Shown: positions 9,699-17,913 of the stretch, piece by piece
How the letters are laid out: every line of letters starts with the position of its first letter
Numbering within the stretch: the stretch's first letter is position 1
DNA from: an uncultured Actinomycetes bacterium
Lineage (GTDB): Bacteria; Actinomycetota; Acidimicrobiia; IMCC26256; DASPTH01
NCBI GenBank assembly: GCA_963720785.1
Contig: CAVRGQ010000009.1
Span: 695,813 to 759,812 of the forward strand
DNA: 64,000 nucleotides
Direction of reading: 5' to 3'
The notes under the pieces: generated by a model
Seen by the model: the letters and a program-made list of their open reading frames with translations, nothing else
The model's database searches: none
Told to the model about the DNA's origin: nothing
Program-made: the position numbers and the translations under genes

Positions 9699-10677
9699 GT
9701 GAGCGAAGTCCGCGAGATGACCATCCAGTTCCCGTACAAGCGGTCCCTCGGACCGGTCGTCGGGGCGTTCATGACCGCTCTCACCGAGCAACGGATCATC
9801 GGCATCCGTTGCGGTGACCGCGTCATCTGCCCCCCGATCGAGTGGGACCCCGCAACCGGCGACGAGCTCGCCCACGACTTCGTGGAGGTCGGCCCGGCCG
9901 GCACCGTCGAGTCGTGGAGCTGGGTCGCCAAGCCGTCGGAGCAGCACCCCGTCGACCACCCCTTCGGGTTCGCGCTGATCAAGCTCGACGCCGCGACCAC
10001 GAGCATCCTGCACGCGGTCGACGCCGGCTCGATCGACGCGATGTCCACCGGCATGCGCGTCGCACCTCGCTGGCGGGGCACCCGAATCGGGCACATCAGT
10101 GACATCGAAGCCTTCGTGCCGGGTGAGAGCTTCCGAGGTCGCCGGCGACGACACCGGCCCCGCCGAGGCCCCGGTCGAGATGATGGACTACAACGCGTCC
10201 ATCGCCTACACGCTGCCGGTCACCGCGAACGAGCTGCGCGCCGAGCAGGCGAACGTGGAAGGTCGCTTCCTCGGCCTGAAGTGCCCCAAGTGTGGGCGCC
10301 TCTACACGGGTGGCCGCGGCTTCTGCCCGATCGACTCGATCGAGCTGGGCGAGGCCGACGAGGTCGACCTCCCGCAGAAGGGCGTGATCACCAACTACAC
10401 GATCATCGAGCCGGTGCCCTACCCCGGCCAGACCATGACCGAGCCGTTCGCCCGGGTGATGGTGATGCTCGACGGCGCCGACATCGTCCTCGGGTACCAG
10501 CCCACCATCGACCTCCCGGTCGCCGACCTCCACATCGGCATCCGGGTGGAGGCGGTGTGGGCCTCCGACGCCGAGCTCGACGACCTCGCCTCCACCGCGG
10601 AGGGCCGCCTCCTCGGGTGGATCCCCACGGGTGAGCCCGACGTGACCGACCCCGACCTCGTGAACAGGATCTACTGA
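9699..10677 (+). pseudogene. tandem DUF35 (Zn-ribbon/OB-fold) protein, frame broken once (+1) near 10128-10133
   Basis: GTG at 9699 follows an AAGAGGAG RBS. The first OB-fold half reads in the frame of ORF 9207..10634 (MTIQFPYKRSLGPVVGAFM ... DIEAFVPGE). The second half, with the zinc ribbon CPKCGRLYTGGRGFCP, reads in the frame of ORF 10099..10677. Length is 979 nt = 3n+1. Confidence 0.75.
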
Positions 10678-11747
10678 TGCCCAACGCAGACGACATCGCG
10701 ATCATCGGGTGGAACGTGTCCCCGATGGTCCGTCACACCGACAAGACCGAAGCCCAGATGCTGCTCGAGGTCTGCAGCGGCGCGGTGGAGCACGCCGGCA
10801 TCACCCGCGCCGAGATCGACTTCACCTGTGCGGGCAGCTGCGACTACGTCGCCGGCCAGGCCTTCTCGTTCGTGCAGAACATCGACGCCCTCGGCGCGTG
10901 GCCGCCGAAGCGCGACTCGCACGTCGAGATGGACGGTGCGTGGGCGATGTACGAGGCGTGGCTGCGGCTCCAGATCGGCGACATCGACACCGCGCTCGTC
11001 ATGGGCTCGGGCCGGTCGTCCACCGCTGACCCGACCCTCATCTACCCGATGGAGATGGACCCCTACTACCTCGCGCCGCTCGGCACCGACGCCACGTCGT
11101 TCGCCGCGCTGCAGGCCCGGGCGCTCATCGACGCCGGGCAAGGTCACCGAGCGCCAGATGGCCGAGGTCGCCGCCCGCACCCGGCGTGACGGCAAGGACA
11201 GCCCGTACGCGCAGGTGACCGGCGACTTCGACGTGGACACGCTCCTCGCCGAGGAGTACGTGAACGCGCCGCTGCGCCGCCACGACCTGCCGCCGATCAC
11301 CGACGGCGCGTGCGCGGTCGTGATCGCCCGCGCCGACCGCGCCCGGGAACTGTGCGAGCAACCCGGTGTGGATCACCGGCTTCGCTCACTACACCGAGGC
11401 GCACTACCCCGGCGTGCGCGACCTCACCGAGTCGCCGTCGATCGACCCTCGCCGCCAAGGCCGCAGGCGTCGACGAGGGCCCGATCGAGGTCGCCGAGAT
11501 CCAGGCGGCGTACACCCACGAGGAGCCGCTGCTCGTGGAGGCGCTCGGCCTCGGCGCCGACGTCTCCGTCAACCCGTCGGGTGGCCCGCAGGCCGCGAAC
11601 CCGATCATGGCCACCGGCCTCGTGCGCGTCACCGAGGCGGCGCGCCAGATCCGTGACCTCGGCAAGTCCCGCACCCTGGCCCACAGCACGTCGGGCCCCT
11701 GCCTGCAGCAGAACCTCGTCTGCGTGCTCGAAGGAGACGCGAAGTGA
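10677..11747 (+). pseudogene. thiolase-like (SCP-x/Ltp-type) protein, three +1 frame breaks (about 11139, 11363, 11443)
   Basis: The protein is recovered by reading frame 0 (MPNADDIAIIGWNV ... ALIDAG), then frame 1 (KVTERQMAEVAARTRRDG ... RELCEQP), then frame 2 (VWITGFAHYTEAHYPGVRDLTESPSI), then frame 0 again (TLAAKAAGVDEGPIEVAEIQAAYTHEE ... NPSGG ... LVCVLEG). Each junction shows one extra base. Confidence 0.75.
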
Positions 11748-12913
11748 GCCACCAGCCGTGCGCCATCGTCGGGATCGGCCAGACCCACCACAAGAAGGCG
11801 CGTCGTGACGTGTCGTTCGCCGGCCTCGTCCGCGAAGCCGCGCAGCGGGCGCTCGACGACGCCCACATGACGTGGACCGACATCGACGCCGTCGTGGTCG
11901 GCAAGGCGCCCGACCTGTTCGAGGGCGTCATGAAGCCGGAGCTGTACCTCAGCGACGCGCTCGGCGCGACCGGCAAGCCGATGTTCCGCGTGCACACCGC
12001 CGGTTCGGTCGGCGGCACCACCGGCATCGTCGCGTCGCACCACGTCGAGACCGGGCGCTTCGAGCGCGTGCTCGCGGTCGCGTTCGAGAAGCAGTCGGAG
12101 GGCAACGCGCAGTTCGCCCTCGGTTCGGGCAAGAGCGGATCGCTCGGCGCCGGCGGCGCGTTCGCTCCGTACATGCGGTCGTACATCGCCCGCAGCGGTG
12201 CCCCGATGGACGTCGGCCCGATGGTCGCGGTGAAGGACCGTCTCAACGGCTGCAAGAACGAGTATGCGCACCTCAAGCTCAAGGACATCGACCTGGCGAC
12301 CGTCAAGGCGTCGCCGATGCTCTGGGATCCCGTGCGGTTCCTCGAGTCGTGCCCGTCGTCCGACGGCGCGTGTGCGGCGATCTTCACCAACGAGGCCGGG
12401 GGCAAGGCCGCGGCGGCCGACGGCCGTCAGCCCGCATGGATCCTCGGGTCCGCGGTGCGCTCCGAGCCGTCGACCTTCCCGGGCCGCGACCCGGTCCGCC
12501 CCCAGGGTGCGGTCGACTGCGCGTGGGACGTCTACGGCCAGGCCGGCATCACCAACCCGCGCGAGCAGATCGACTGCGCGGAGCTGTACGTGCCGTTCTC
12601 GTGGTACGAGCCGATGTGGCTCGAGGCCCACGACATCGCCGCACCCGGCGAGGGCTGGCAGATGACCGAGCGGGGCGACACCGCGCTCGGCGGCTCGTTC
12701 CCGGTCAACATGTCGGGCGGCGTGCTCTCGTCGAACCCGATCGGCGCGTCGGGCCTGCTCCGCTTCACCGAAGCGGCGCTGCAGGTGCGGGGCATGGCCG
12801 GCGAGCACCAGGTGGAGGGCGCCAAGGTCGCCCTCGCCCAGGCCTACGGCGCTGCCGCGCAGTACTTCTCGATGTGGGTCGTGTCGAGCTCCCTCGACCC
12901 CTTCGGCAACTAG
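11744..12913 (+). CDS. thiolase-like (SCP-x/Ltp-type) protein
   Basis: 389-aa intact ORF whose GTG overlaps the upstream stop. It has the thiolase-fold C-terminal motifs NMSGGVLSSNPIGASG and GAKVALAQAYG. At the usual nucleophile-Cys position it reads HTAGSVGG (alignment by eye). Confidence 0.85.
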   Translation: MSHQPCAIVGIGQTHHKKARRDVSFAGLVREAAQRALDDAHMTWTDIDAVVVGKAPDLFEGVMKPELYLSDALGATGKPMFRVHTAGSVGGTTGIVASHHVETGRFERVLAVAFEKQSEGNAQFALGSGKSGSLGAGGAFAPYMRSYIARSGAPMDVGPMVAVKDRLNGCKNEYAHLKLKDIDLATVKASPMLWDPVRFLESCPSSDGACAAIFTNEAGGKAAAADGRQPAWILGSAVRSEPSTFPGRDPVRPQGAVDCAWDVYGQAGITNPREQIDCAELYVPFSWYEPMWLEAHDIAAPGEGWQMTERGDTALGGSFPVNMSGGVLSSNPIGASGLLRFTEAALQVRGMAGEHQVEGAKVALAQAYGAAAQYFSMWVVSSSLDPFGN

Positions 12914-12930
12914 CCCCACCCTCTTCTCTT

Positions 12931-12981
12931 CGAACCGGCGTCAATCCCTGCCCACTATGGGCTCGGATTGACGCCGGTTCG
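12931..12981. repeat. 51-bp nested palindromic element, copy 1 (also a likely bidirectional terminator)
   Basis: CGAACCGGCGTCAATCC-CTGCCCACTATGGGCTC-GGATTGACGCCGGTTCG. The outer arms are 16-17 bp and the centre is an inner palindrome GCCCA-cta-TGGGC. It lies between convergent genes ending at 12913 (+) and 13006 (-). Confidence 0.85.
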
Positions 12982-13005
12982 TCGCGTCAGGCCGCCCGGT
13001 CGTGG

Positions 13006-13773
13006 CTAGGCCATCCAGACGCCGGAGTTGACGTCGAGGGTCTGGCCGGTGATCGAGCGGGCGCGCGCGGACGCGAGGAACACCACCGCGTCGGCGAGGT
13101 CGTCGGGGGTCGGGAGCCGCCGCAACGCCGTGTCCTTCGCGTAGTGCGCGAGCACCGCGTCGACGGTGGTGCCGCGCCGCTCGGCCTGCCGGGCGAACAT
13201 CTCGTCGGTGTTCGGGCCGGGCACGAACCCGGGCAGCACGATGTTGACGCGGATGTTCTCGGGGCCGACCTCCTTGGCCAGCGTCTGCATCGCGAGCTGC
13301 AGGGCACCCTTGGTCGCGGCGTACGCACCCTGCCCCGGGTTGACGGCCCGCACCGCGAGCGTGGACACCGCGACGATCGCGCCCCCGCCGGCCTCCTGGA
13401 AGTGCGGGATCGCGGCGCGGCACAGCTCGAGCGGGCCGAGCACGTTGACCTCCCACGCGCGCTGCCAGTCGGCAAGATCGGCGTTCACGATCGTGTGGTT
13501 CGGACTGCCCTTCGCCGCACTACTCACCACCACGTCGAGCCGGCCCAGCTCGGACGCGGCCCGCTCGACCAGCGCACGGCACTGCCCGACGTCGCCGGTG
13601 TCGGTCGGCACCACGAGCGCTCGACGGCCGAGCGCCTCGACCTCTGCGGCCACTTCCTCGAGGTACGACTGCGTGCGCGCCGCGAGGGCCACGTCGCACC
13701 CGTCGCGCGCGAGGCCCAGGGCGATCGATCGCCCGATGCCCGGCCCGACGCCCGTCACCACTGCCACTCTCAT
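13006..13773 (-). CDS. SDR family oxidoreductase
   Basis: ORF 13006..13860 trimmed to the ATG at 13773 (GGAGGTG RBS): MRVAVVTGVGPGIGRSIA..., with YAATKGAL. Its ATG overlaps the stop of marR (ATGA). Confidence 0.9.
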   Translation of the reverse strand: MRVAVVTGVGPGIGRSIALGLARDGCDVALAARTQSYLEEVAAEVEALGRRALVVPTDTGDVGQCRALVERAASELGRLDVVVSSAAKGSPNHTIVNADLADWQRAWEVNVLGPLELCRAAIPHFQEAGGGAIVAVSTLAVRAVNPGQGAYAATKGALQLAMQTLAKEVGPENIRVNIVLPGFVPGPNTDEMFARQAERRGTTVDAVLAHYAKDTALRRLPTPDDLADAVVFLASARARSITGQTLDVNSGVWMA

Positions 13774-14261
13774 TGCCCACCTCCGGGATTCGGGCCGGTG
13801 AAGTCGTCGGCCATGCGTGCGAGCAGCCGAGCCAACGTGGCGAGCTCGTCGGCGCGCCACCCGGCGAGGGCGGCGTCGGCCGCGGCCACCGACGACTCCT
13901 TCAGTCGGCGGTAGGCCGCGCGCCCCGCCGGCGTCACCGACACCACGACGGCGCGGCCGTCGACCCGGTCGGCGGTGCGCGCGACGAGGCCCTGGCGTTC
14001 GAGGCCCCGCAGCTCCCGGCTCACGTGGCTGCCGAGCAGCCCGGTGGCCGCGGCAATCGCGGAGACCCGCTGCGGCCCGCTGCGCGCCAGCGCGCCGAGC
14101 ACCCCCATCCCGGGGCTCGACACGTCGACGCCGGCCGTGACCGCCCGACGCCGGGCCGCCGCGACGCTCGATCCCACCCGCCCGATCCGGGCCATCGACC
14201 GCTCGATCATCTCCAGGGACTCGGCCCGTCGCATCCGGCGAGCGTACTTCCTATGATGCAC
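13770..14261 (-). CDS. MarR family transcriptional regulator
   Basis: 163-aa ORF with a winged-helix region GPQRVSAIAAATGLLGSHVSRELRGLERQGLVAR. The start is GTG at 14261, with an alternative ATG at 14234. Confidence 0.85.
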   Translation of the reverse strand: MHHRKYARRMRRAESLEMIERSMARIGRVGSSVAAARRRAVTAGVDVSSPGMGVLGALARSGPQRVSAIAAATGLLGSHVSRELRGLERQGLVARTADRVDGRAVVVSVTPAGRAAYRRLKESSVAAADAALAGWRADELATLARLLARMADDFTGPNPGGGQ

Positions 14262-14268
14262 GGAGTTT

Positions 14269-14283
14269 GCTGACTCAGTCAGC
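14269..14283. promoter_or_regulatory. candidate MarR operator, inverted repeat GCTGAC-TCA-GTCAGC
   Basis: Perfect 6-3-6 palindrome in the 46-bp divergent spacer between marR (14261) and the SDR gene (14308). Confidence 0.45.
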
Positions 14284-14307
14284 TATCTGGACGCACCTGG
14301 GGGAACC

Positions 14308-15099
14308 ATGGCAGAGGGAAGACTTGCCGGCCGCGTGGCCGTGATCACCGGATCGGGCGAGGGCATCGGCCGCGCGATCGCGCAACGCTTCGCCGAGGAG
14401 GGCGCCAACCTGGTGATCGCCGAGATCAACCCCGAGCTGGGTGAGGCCGCTGCCGCGGAGCTCGGCACCGTCACCGAGACCCGCTTCGTGCGCACCGATG
14501 TCGGCAGCAAGGCCGACAATCAGGCGATGGTCGCCGCCGCGCTCGACGCGTGGGGTCGCCTCGACATCCTCGTGAACAACGCATGGGGCGGCGGGGAGCT
14601 CAGCCGGGTGGAGAACAAGTCCGACGAGCTGATCGACCACGGGCTCGCGATCGGCTTCCGCGGCCCGCTGTGGGCGATGCAGGCGGCGTTCCCCGTGATG
14701 AAGGCGCAGGGCTACGGCCGCGTGATCAACCTCTGCTCGCTCAACGGCGTGAACGCGCACATGGGCTCGCTCGAGTACAACACCGCCAAGGAGGCGCTGC
14801 GCTCGGCCACGCGCACCGCAGCGCGTGAATGGGCGCCCACCGGCATCGTGTGCAACGTGATCTGCCCGGGCGCGAAGTCGGCATCGTTCCTGCGCGTGAT
14901 GGGCGAACACCCCGAGCTGCTCGCCGCGGCGGATGCCGGCAACCCGATGGGCCGCATCGGCGACCCGTACGACGACATCTCGCCGGTCGCGCTCTTCCTC
15001 GCCAGCGACGACTGCCGCTACATGACCGGCAACACGCTCTTCGTCGACGGCGGCGGCCACATCAACGGCGTGTCCTGGGCCCCCGACCTGCCCGAATGA
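14308..15099 (+). CDS. SDR family oxidoreductase
   Basis: 263-aa ORF with the TGSGEGIGRAIA, NNAWGG and YNTAKEAL motifs. Confidence 0.9.
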   Translation: MAEGRLAGRVAVITGSGEGIGRAIAQRFAEEGANLVIAEINPELGEAAAAELGTVTETRFVRTDVGSKADNQAMVAAALDAWGRLDILVNNAWGGGELSRVENKSDELIDHGLAIGFRGPLWAMQAAFPVMKAQGYGRVINLCSLNGVNAHMGSLEYNTAKEALRSATRTAAREWAPTGIVCNVICPGAKSASFLRVMGEHPELLAAADAGNPMGRIGDPYDDISPVALFLASDDCRYMTGNTLFVDGGGHINGVSWAPDLPE

Positions 15100-15114
15100 G
15101 CCGGCCCTCAGTAG

Positions 15115-15165
15115 CGAACCGGCGTCAATCGCTGCCCATAATGGGCACGGATTGACGCCGGTTCG
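15115..15165. repeat. 51-bp nested palindromic element, copy 2 (also a likely bidirectional terminator)
   Basis: CGAACCGGCGTCAATCG-CTGCCCATAATGGGCAC-GGATTGACGCCGGTTCG. About 47 of 51 positions match copy 1. It lies between convergent genes ending at 15099 (+) and 15168 (-). Confidence 0.85.
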
Positions 15166-15167
15166 GA

Positions 15168-15740
15168 TCAGGAGGGCGTGACACCGTCCGGGGGCCACGC
15201 CTCGGGACGGTCACCGTCGAGCGGCACCTCGAGCGCGGCCAGGATCGTGGCCAACCCCGCGTAGAAGCCGGGGATCGCCAGCAACTCCACGTAGGCCTCG
15301 TCGCTCCCGGCGACTTCGCGCGCCGATGTGAGCAGGGCGTCGTCGGGTTGGGCACCGGCCACGACGACGTCGACCACCTGCAGCACCACGCGCACGTCGT
15401 CGGGCAGGCCGGGTGCACCCCATCCCCCGCGCACCGCGACGATCTCGTCGTCGCTCATGCCCAGGCGCGCGCAGATCGCGTAGTGCGACGTCCACTCGTA
15501 CACCGAGCCCCGCAGCCACGCGGTGCGCATGATCGCGAGCTCGCGCAGACGCGCGTCGAGCACGCTGTCGAGCACGACCGCCTGCACCAGCTTCGCCACG
15601 ATGTCGGCGACCGGCGGATGGCGCAACAGCACGCGGAACACGTTGGGCCCCGCGAGCATCTCGGGGATGCCGGCCTCACGCGCCGCCGCCACCGCCTCCT
15701 CGGGAGGGAGCGGCGGGAGTGCCGGTCGCCCGGTGGTCAC
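15168..15740 (-). CDS. carboxymuconolactone decarboxylase (AhpD-like) family protein
   Basis: 190-aa ORF. LRELAIMRTAWLRGSVYEWTSHYAICARLGMSDDEI is typical of the CMD family. It lies 5 nt downstream of the aldehyde dehydrogenase. Confidence 0.75.
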   Translation of the reverse strand: MTTGRPALPPLPPEEAVAAAREAGIPEMLAGPNVFRVLLRHPPVADIVAKLVQAVVLDSVLDARLRELAIMRTAWLRGSVYEWTSHYAICARLGMSDDEIVAVRGGWGAPGLPDDVRVVLQVVDVVVAGAQPDDALLTSAREVAGSDEAYVELLAIPGFYAGLATILAALEVPLDGDRPEAWPPDGVTPS

Positions 15741-15745
15741 CCGGC

Positions 15746-17230
15746 TCAGCCGTTCCCGAACACGACGTGCTTGGCCTGCTGGAATGCCCGCAGTCCGAGC
15801 ACACCGCGCTCGCGCCCCACGCCACTGTTCTTGTAGCCGCCCATCGGCGTGTAGCTGTTGGCGAGCCCGGTGTTGACCTGCACGGTGCCCGTGCGGATCC
15901 GCGCGGCAAGGTCGCTCGCGGTGTCGAGATCGGCGGTGTACACGCCGGCCGAGAGGTCGTACTGCGAGTCGTTGGTGATGGCGACGGCCTCGTCGAGGTC
16001 GCCGTAGCCCTGCACGGTGACGACCGGGCCGAAGATCTCCTGCTGGGCCAGCGGGTTCGCGTTGTCGTCGATGTCGACGACAGTGGGCTCGAAGTAGAAG
16101 CCCCGCTCCATGTGCTCGGGCCGCTTGCCCCCGGTGACCACTCGTCCGCCCGCGGCGACACCCTCGGCCACGAGCCGCTCGATGCGGTCGCGCGATCCCG
16201 CCGACACGACCGGCCCGAGCACGGTGGCGGCGTCCTGCGGGTCACCGATGGTGATGGTGGGCCCGACGGCGGCGAGCGCGTCGAGCACGGCGGCCTTGCG
16301 GGCATGGGGCACGAGCATTCGCGTCTGCAACGAGCACCCCTGGCCCGCGTGCGCCATGAACACCGCCATCGCGCCGCCCACCGCCTTCGCGGGGCCGGCA
16401 TCGAGCGCGTCGTCGAGGTAGAGCTGCACGCTCTTGCCGCCCAACTCGAGGATGAGCCGCTTCATCGACGGTGCCGCCTGCGCGCCGATCGCCGCGCCGA
16501 CCCCGCTCGACCCGGTGAAGCTCACGAGGTCGACACCCGGGTGGGTGGACAGGCGTGCCGCGCCGTCGGGGCCGCCCTCGATCAGCACGTTCACGACGCC
16601 CGGCGGCAGGCCCGCCTCCTCGGCGGCCTCCGCGTAGGCGAGCGCCTCGAGCGGCGTCTGCGGGCTCGGCCGCAACACCACGGTGCAGCCCGCCATGAGC
16701 GCGGGCGTGAGCTTCCAGACGTTGGTGGTGAACGGGAAGTTCGACGGCGTGATCGCGGCGACGACGCCGACCGGCTCCCAGCGCCGGGTCGACACCTTCA
16801 CGGCACGCGCGCCGATGAGGTGCGGGAAAGGCACCTCGTTGTGCTCCCACTCGGGGAGCGGCAACGCGAGGTCGACCATCTCGCGGGACGCGTTGAGGCC
16901 GAAGCCGACCTGCATCATCTGCGCCATGGTGCGCGTGGCGCCGGCCTCGACGATCACCGACTCCACGAGCACGTCGTTGCGCGCGTGCAGCGCGTCGGAC
17001 AGCCGGTGCATCGCCGCAGCGCGCTCGGCCATCGACATGCGCGGCCAGGGACCGTCGTCGAACGCCCGGCGTGCCGCGCCGATCGCGGCGTCGAACTGGG
17101 CCGCCGACGACGCCTCCACCTCGAACCCGATCTCCTCGGTGGCGGGGTTCACGACGCCCAGGGCACCGGCGTCACCGGCGAGGAACCGCCCGTCGACGAA
17201 GGGGCTGCGGGCGGCGACGAGATCGGTCAT
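15746..17230 (-). CDS. aldehyde dehydrogenase family protein
   Basis: ORF 15746..17293 trimmed to the ATG at 17230 (MTDLVAARSPF...). It has the ELGGKS and catalytic-Cys GQGCS motifs and FTGSSGVG. Confidence 0.9.
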   Translation of the reverse strand: MTDLVAARSPFVDGRFLAGDAGALGVVNPATEEIGFEVEASSAAQFDAAIGAARRAFDDGPWPRMSMAERAAAMHRLSDALHARNDVLVESVIVEAGATRTMAQMMQVGFGLNASREMVDLALPLPEWEHNEVPFPHLIGARAVKVSTRRWEPVGVVAAITPSNFPFTTNVWKLTPALMAGCTVVLRPSPQTPLEALAYAEAAEEAGLPPGVVNVLIEGGPDGAARLSTHPGVDLVSFTGSSGVGAAIGAQAAPSMKRLILELGGKSVQLYLDDALDAGPAKAVGGAMAVFMAHAGQGCSLQTRMLVPHARKAAVLDALAAVGPTITIGDPQDAATVLGPVVSAGSRDRIERLVAEGVAAGGRVVTGGKRPEHMERGFYFEPTVVDIDDNANPLAQQEIFGPVVTVQGYGDLDEAVAITNDSQYDLSAGVYTADLDTASDLAARIRTGTVQVNTGLANSYTPMGGYKNSGVGRERGVLGLRAFQQAKHVVFGNG

Positions 17231-17333
17231 GCGGGCCTCCGGGCCTCGGACGGTGCGGTCCGCGCACACTACCGAGGGGGCCGGGCGGCCCACAACGTGC
17301 CGCCCTTGATGGCCGCCTCGCGAGCTCCCCGGC

Positions 17334-17807
17334 CTAGAGGAAGGCGGCGGTGGAGCCGCCGACCGGCATCTCGGCCTGGCCGAGCTTGCGGTGGTCCCAC
17401 GAGCGCACCCGCTCGGCGTCGATCCGCACGATGACGCGCTTGTTCATCATGATCTCGACGAACGGGCGCATCTCCTCGGTGTACGGGCCCTGATAGCGCT
17501 CGAAGACGCTCACCCCGGCGGCCCAGTACTCGTCGTCGGTGGTGTCGTCGATGATGTGCGCGGTCCCCTCGATCGACACGCCGCGCAGCTGGTCGTAGCT
17601 GAGGCCCGCCTCGACCATGCCGACGATGCGCGGGTCGCGCCGCAGGTTCGCGGCCTTCTGCGACTTCGCCTTCGTCTCGAAGTACACCTTGCCGTCGATC
17701 AGGCCGTACCACATCGCCACGAGGTGGGGCATGCCGTCGGGCCCGATCGTCGCCATCGTCATGGTGCGCGTCTGCTCGAGCATCGCCGCGACCTCGGCGT
17801 CGGTCAT
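17334..17807 (-). CDS. PPOX-class (pyridoxamine 5'-phosphate oxidase-like) probable F420-dependent enzyme
   Basis: ORF 17334..18035 trimmed to the ATG at 17807: MTDAEVAAMLEQTRTMTMATIGPDGMPHLVAMWYGLIDGKVYFETKAKSQKAANLRRDPR, typical of the family. Confidence 0.75.
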   Translation of the reverse strand: MTDAEVAAMLEQTRTMTMATIGPDGMPHLVAMWYGLIDGKVYFETKAKSQKAANLRRDPRIVGMVEAGLSYDQLRGVSIEGTAHIIDDTTDDEYWAAGVSVFERYQGPYTEEMRPFVEIMMNKRVIVRIDAERVRSWDHRKLGQAEMPVGGSTAAFL

Positions 17808-17913
17808 CGTGATCTGGCTGCGCTGGTTGGTCCCCACCGAGGTGCTCCTGGTCGTCGCTGTACGTTTGCCGCTCACGCTACCCCGCACGCCGTTCACCCC
17901 GAGGAGGGGCGTC

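Noticed and set aside
10128-10133. Programmed ribosomal frameshifting at this and the other 20 frame breaks
   Set aside because: None of the junctions shows a slippery heptamer (X XXY YYZ) or a consistent downstream structure. The breaks occur in unrelated housekeeping and catabolic genes that are single-frame in other organisms. Indel error or recent mutation is a far simpler explanation.
12931-12981. Calling the 51-bp palindromes a MITE or IS remnant (mobile_element)
   Set aside because: No flanking target-site duplication is visible (flanks CTCTTCTCTT/TCGCGTCAG and CCTCAGTAG/GATCAGG). There is no transposase, and the size is below that of typical MITEs. I report them as a repeat/terminator family; mobility is unproven.
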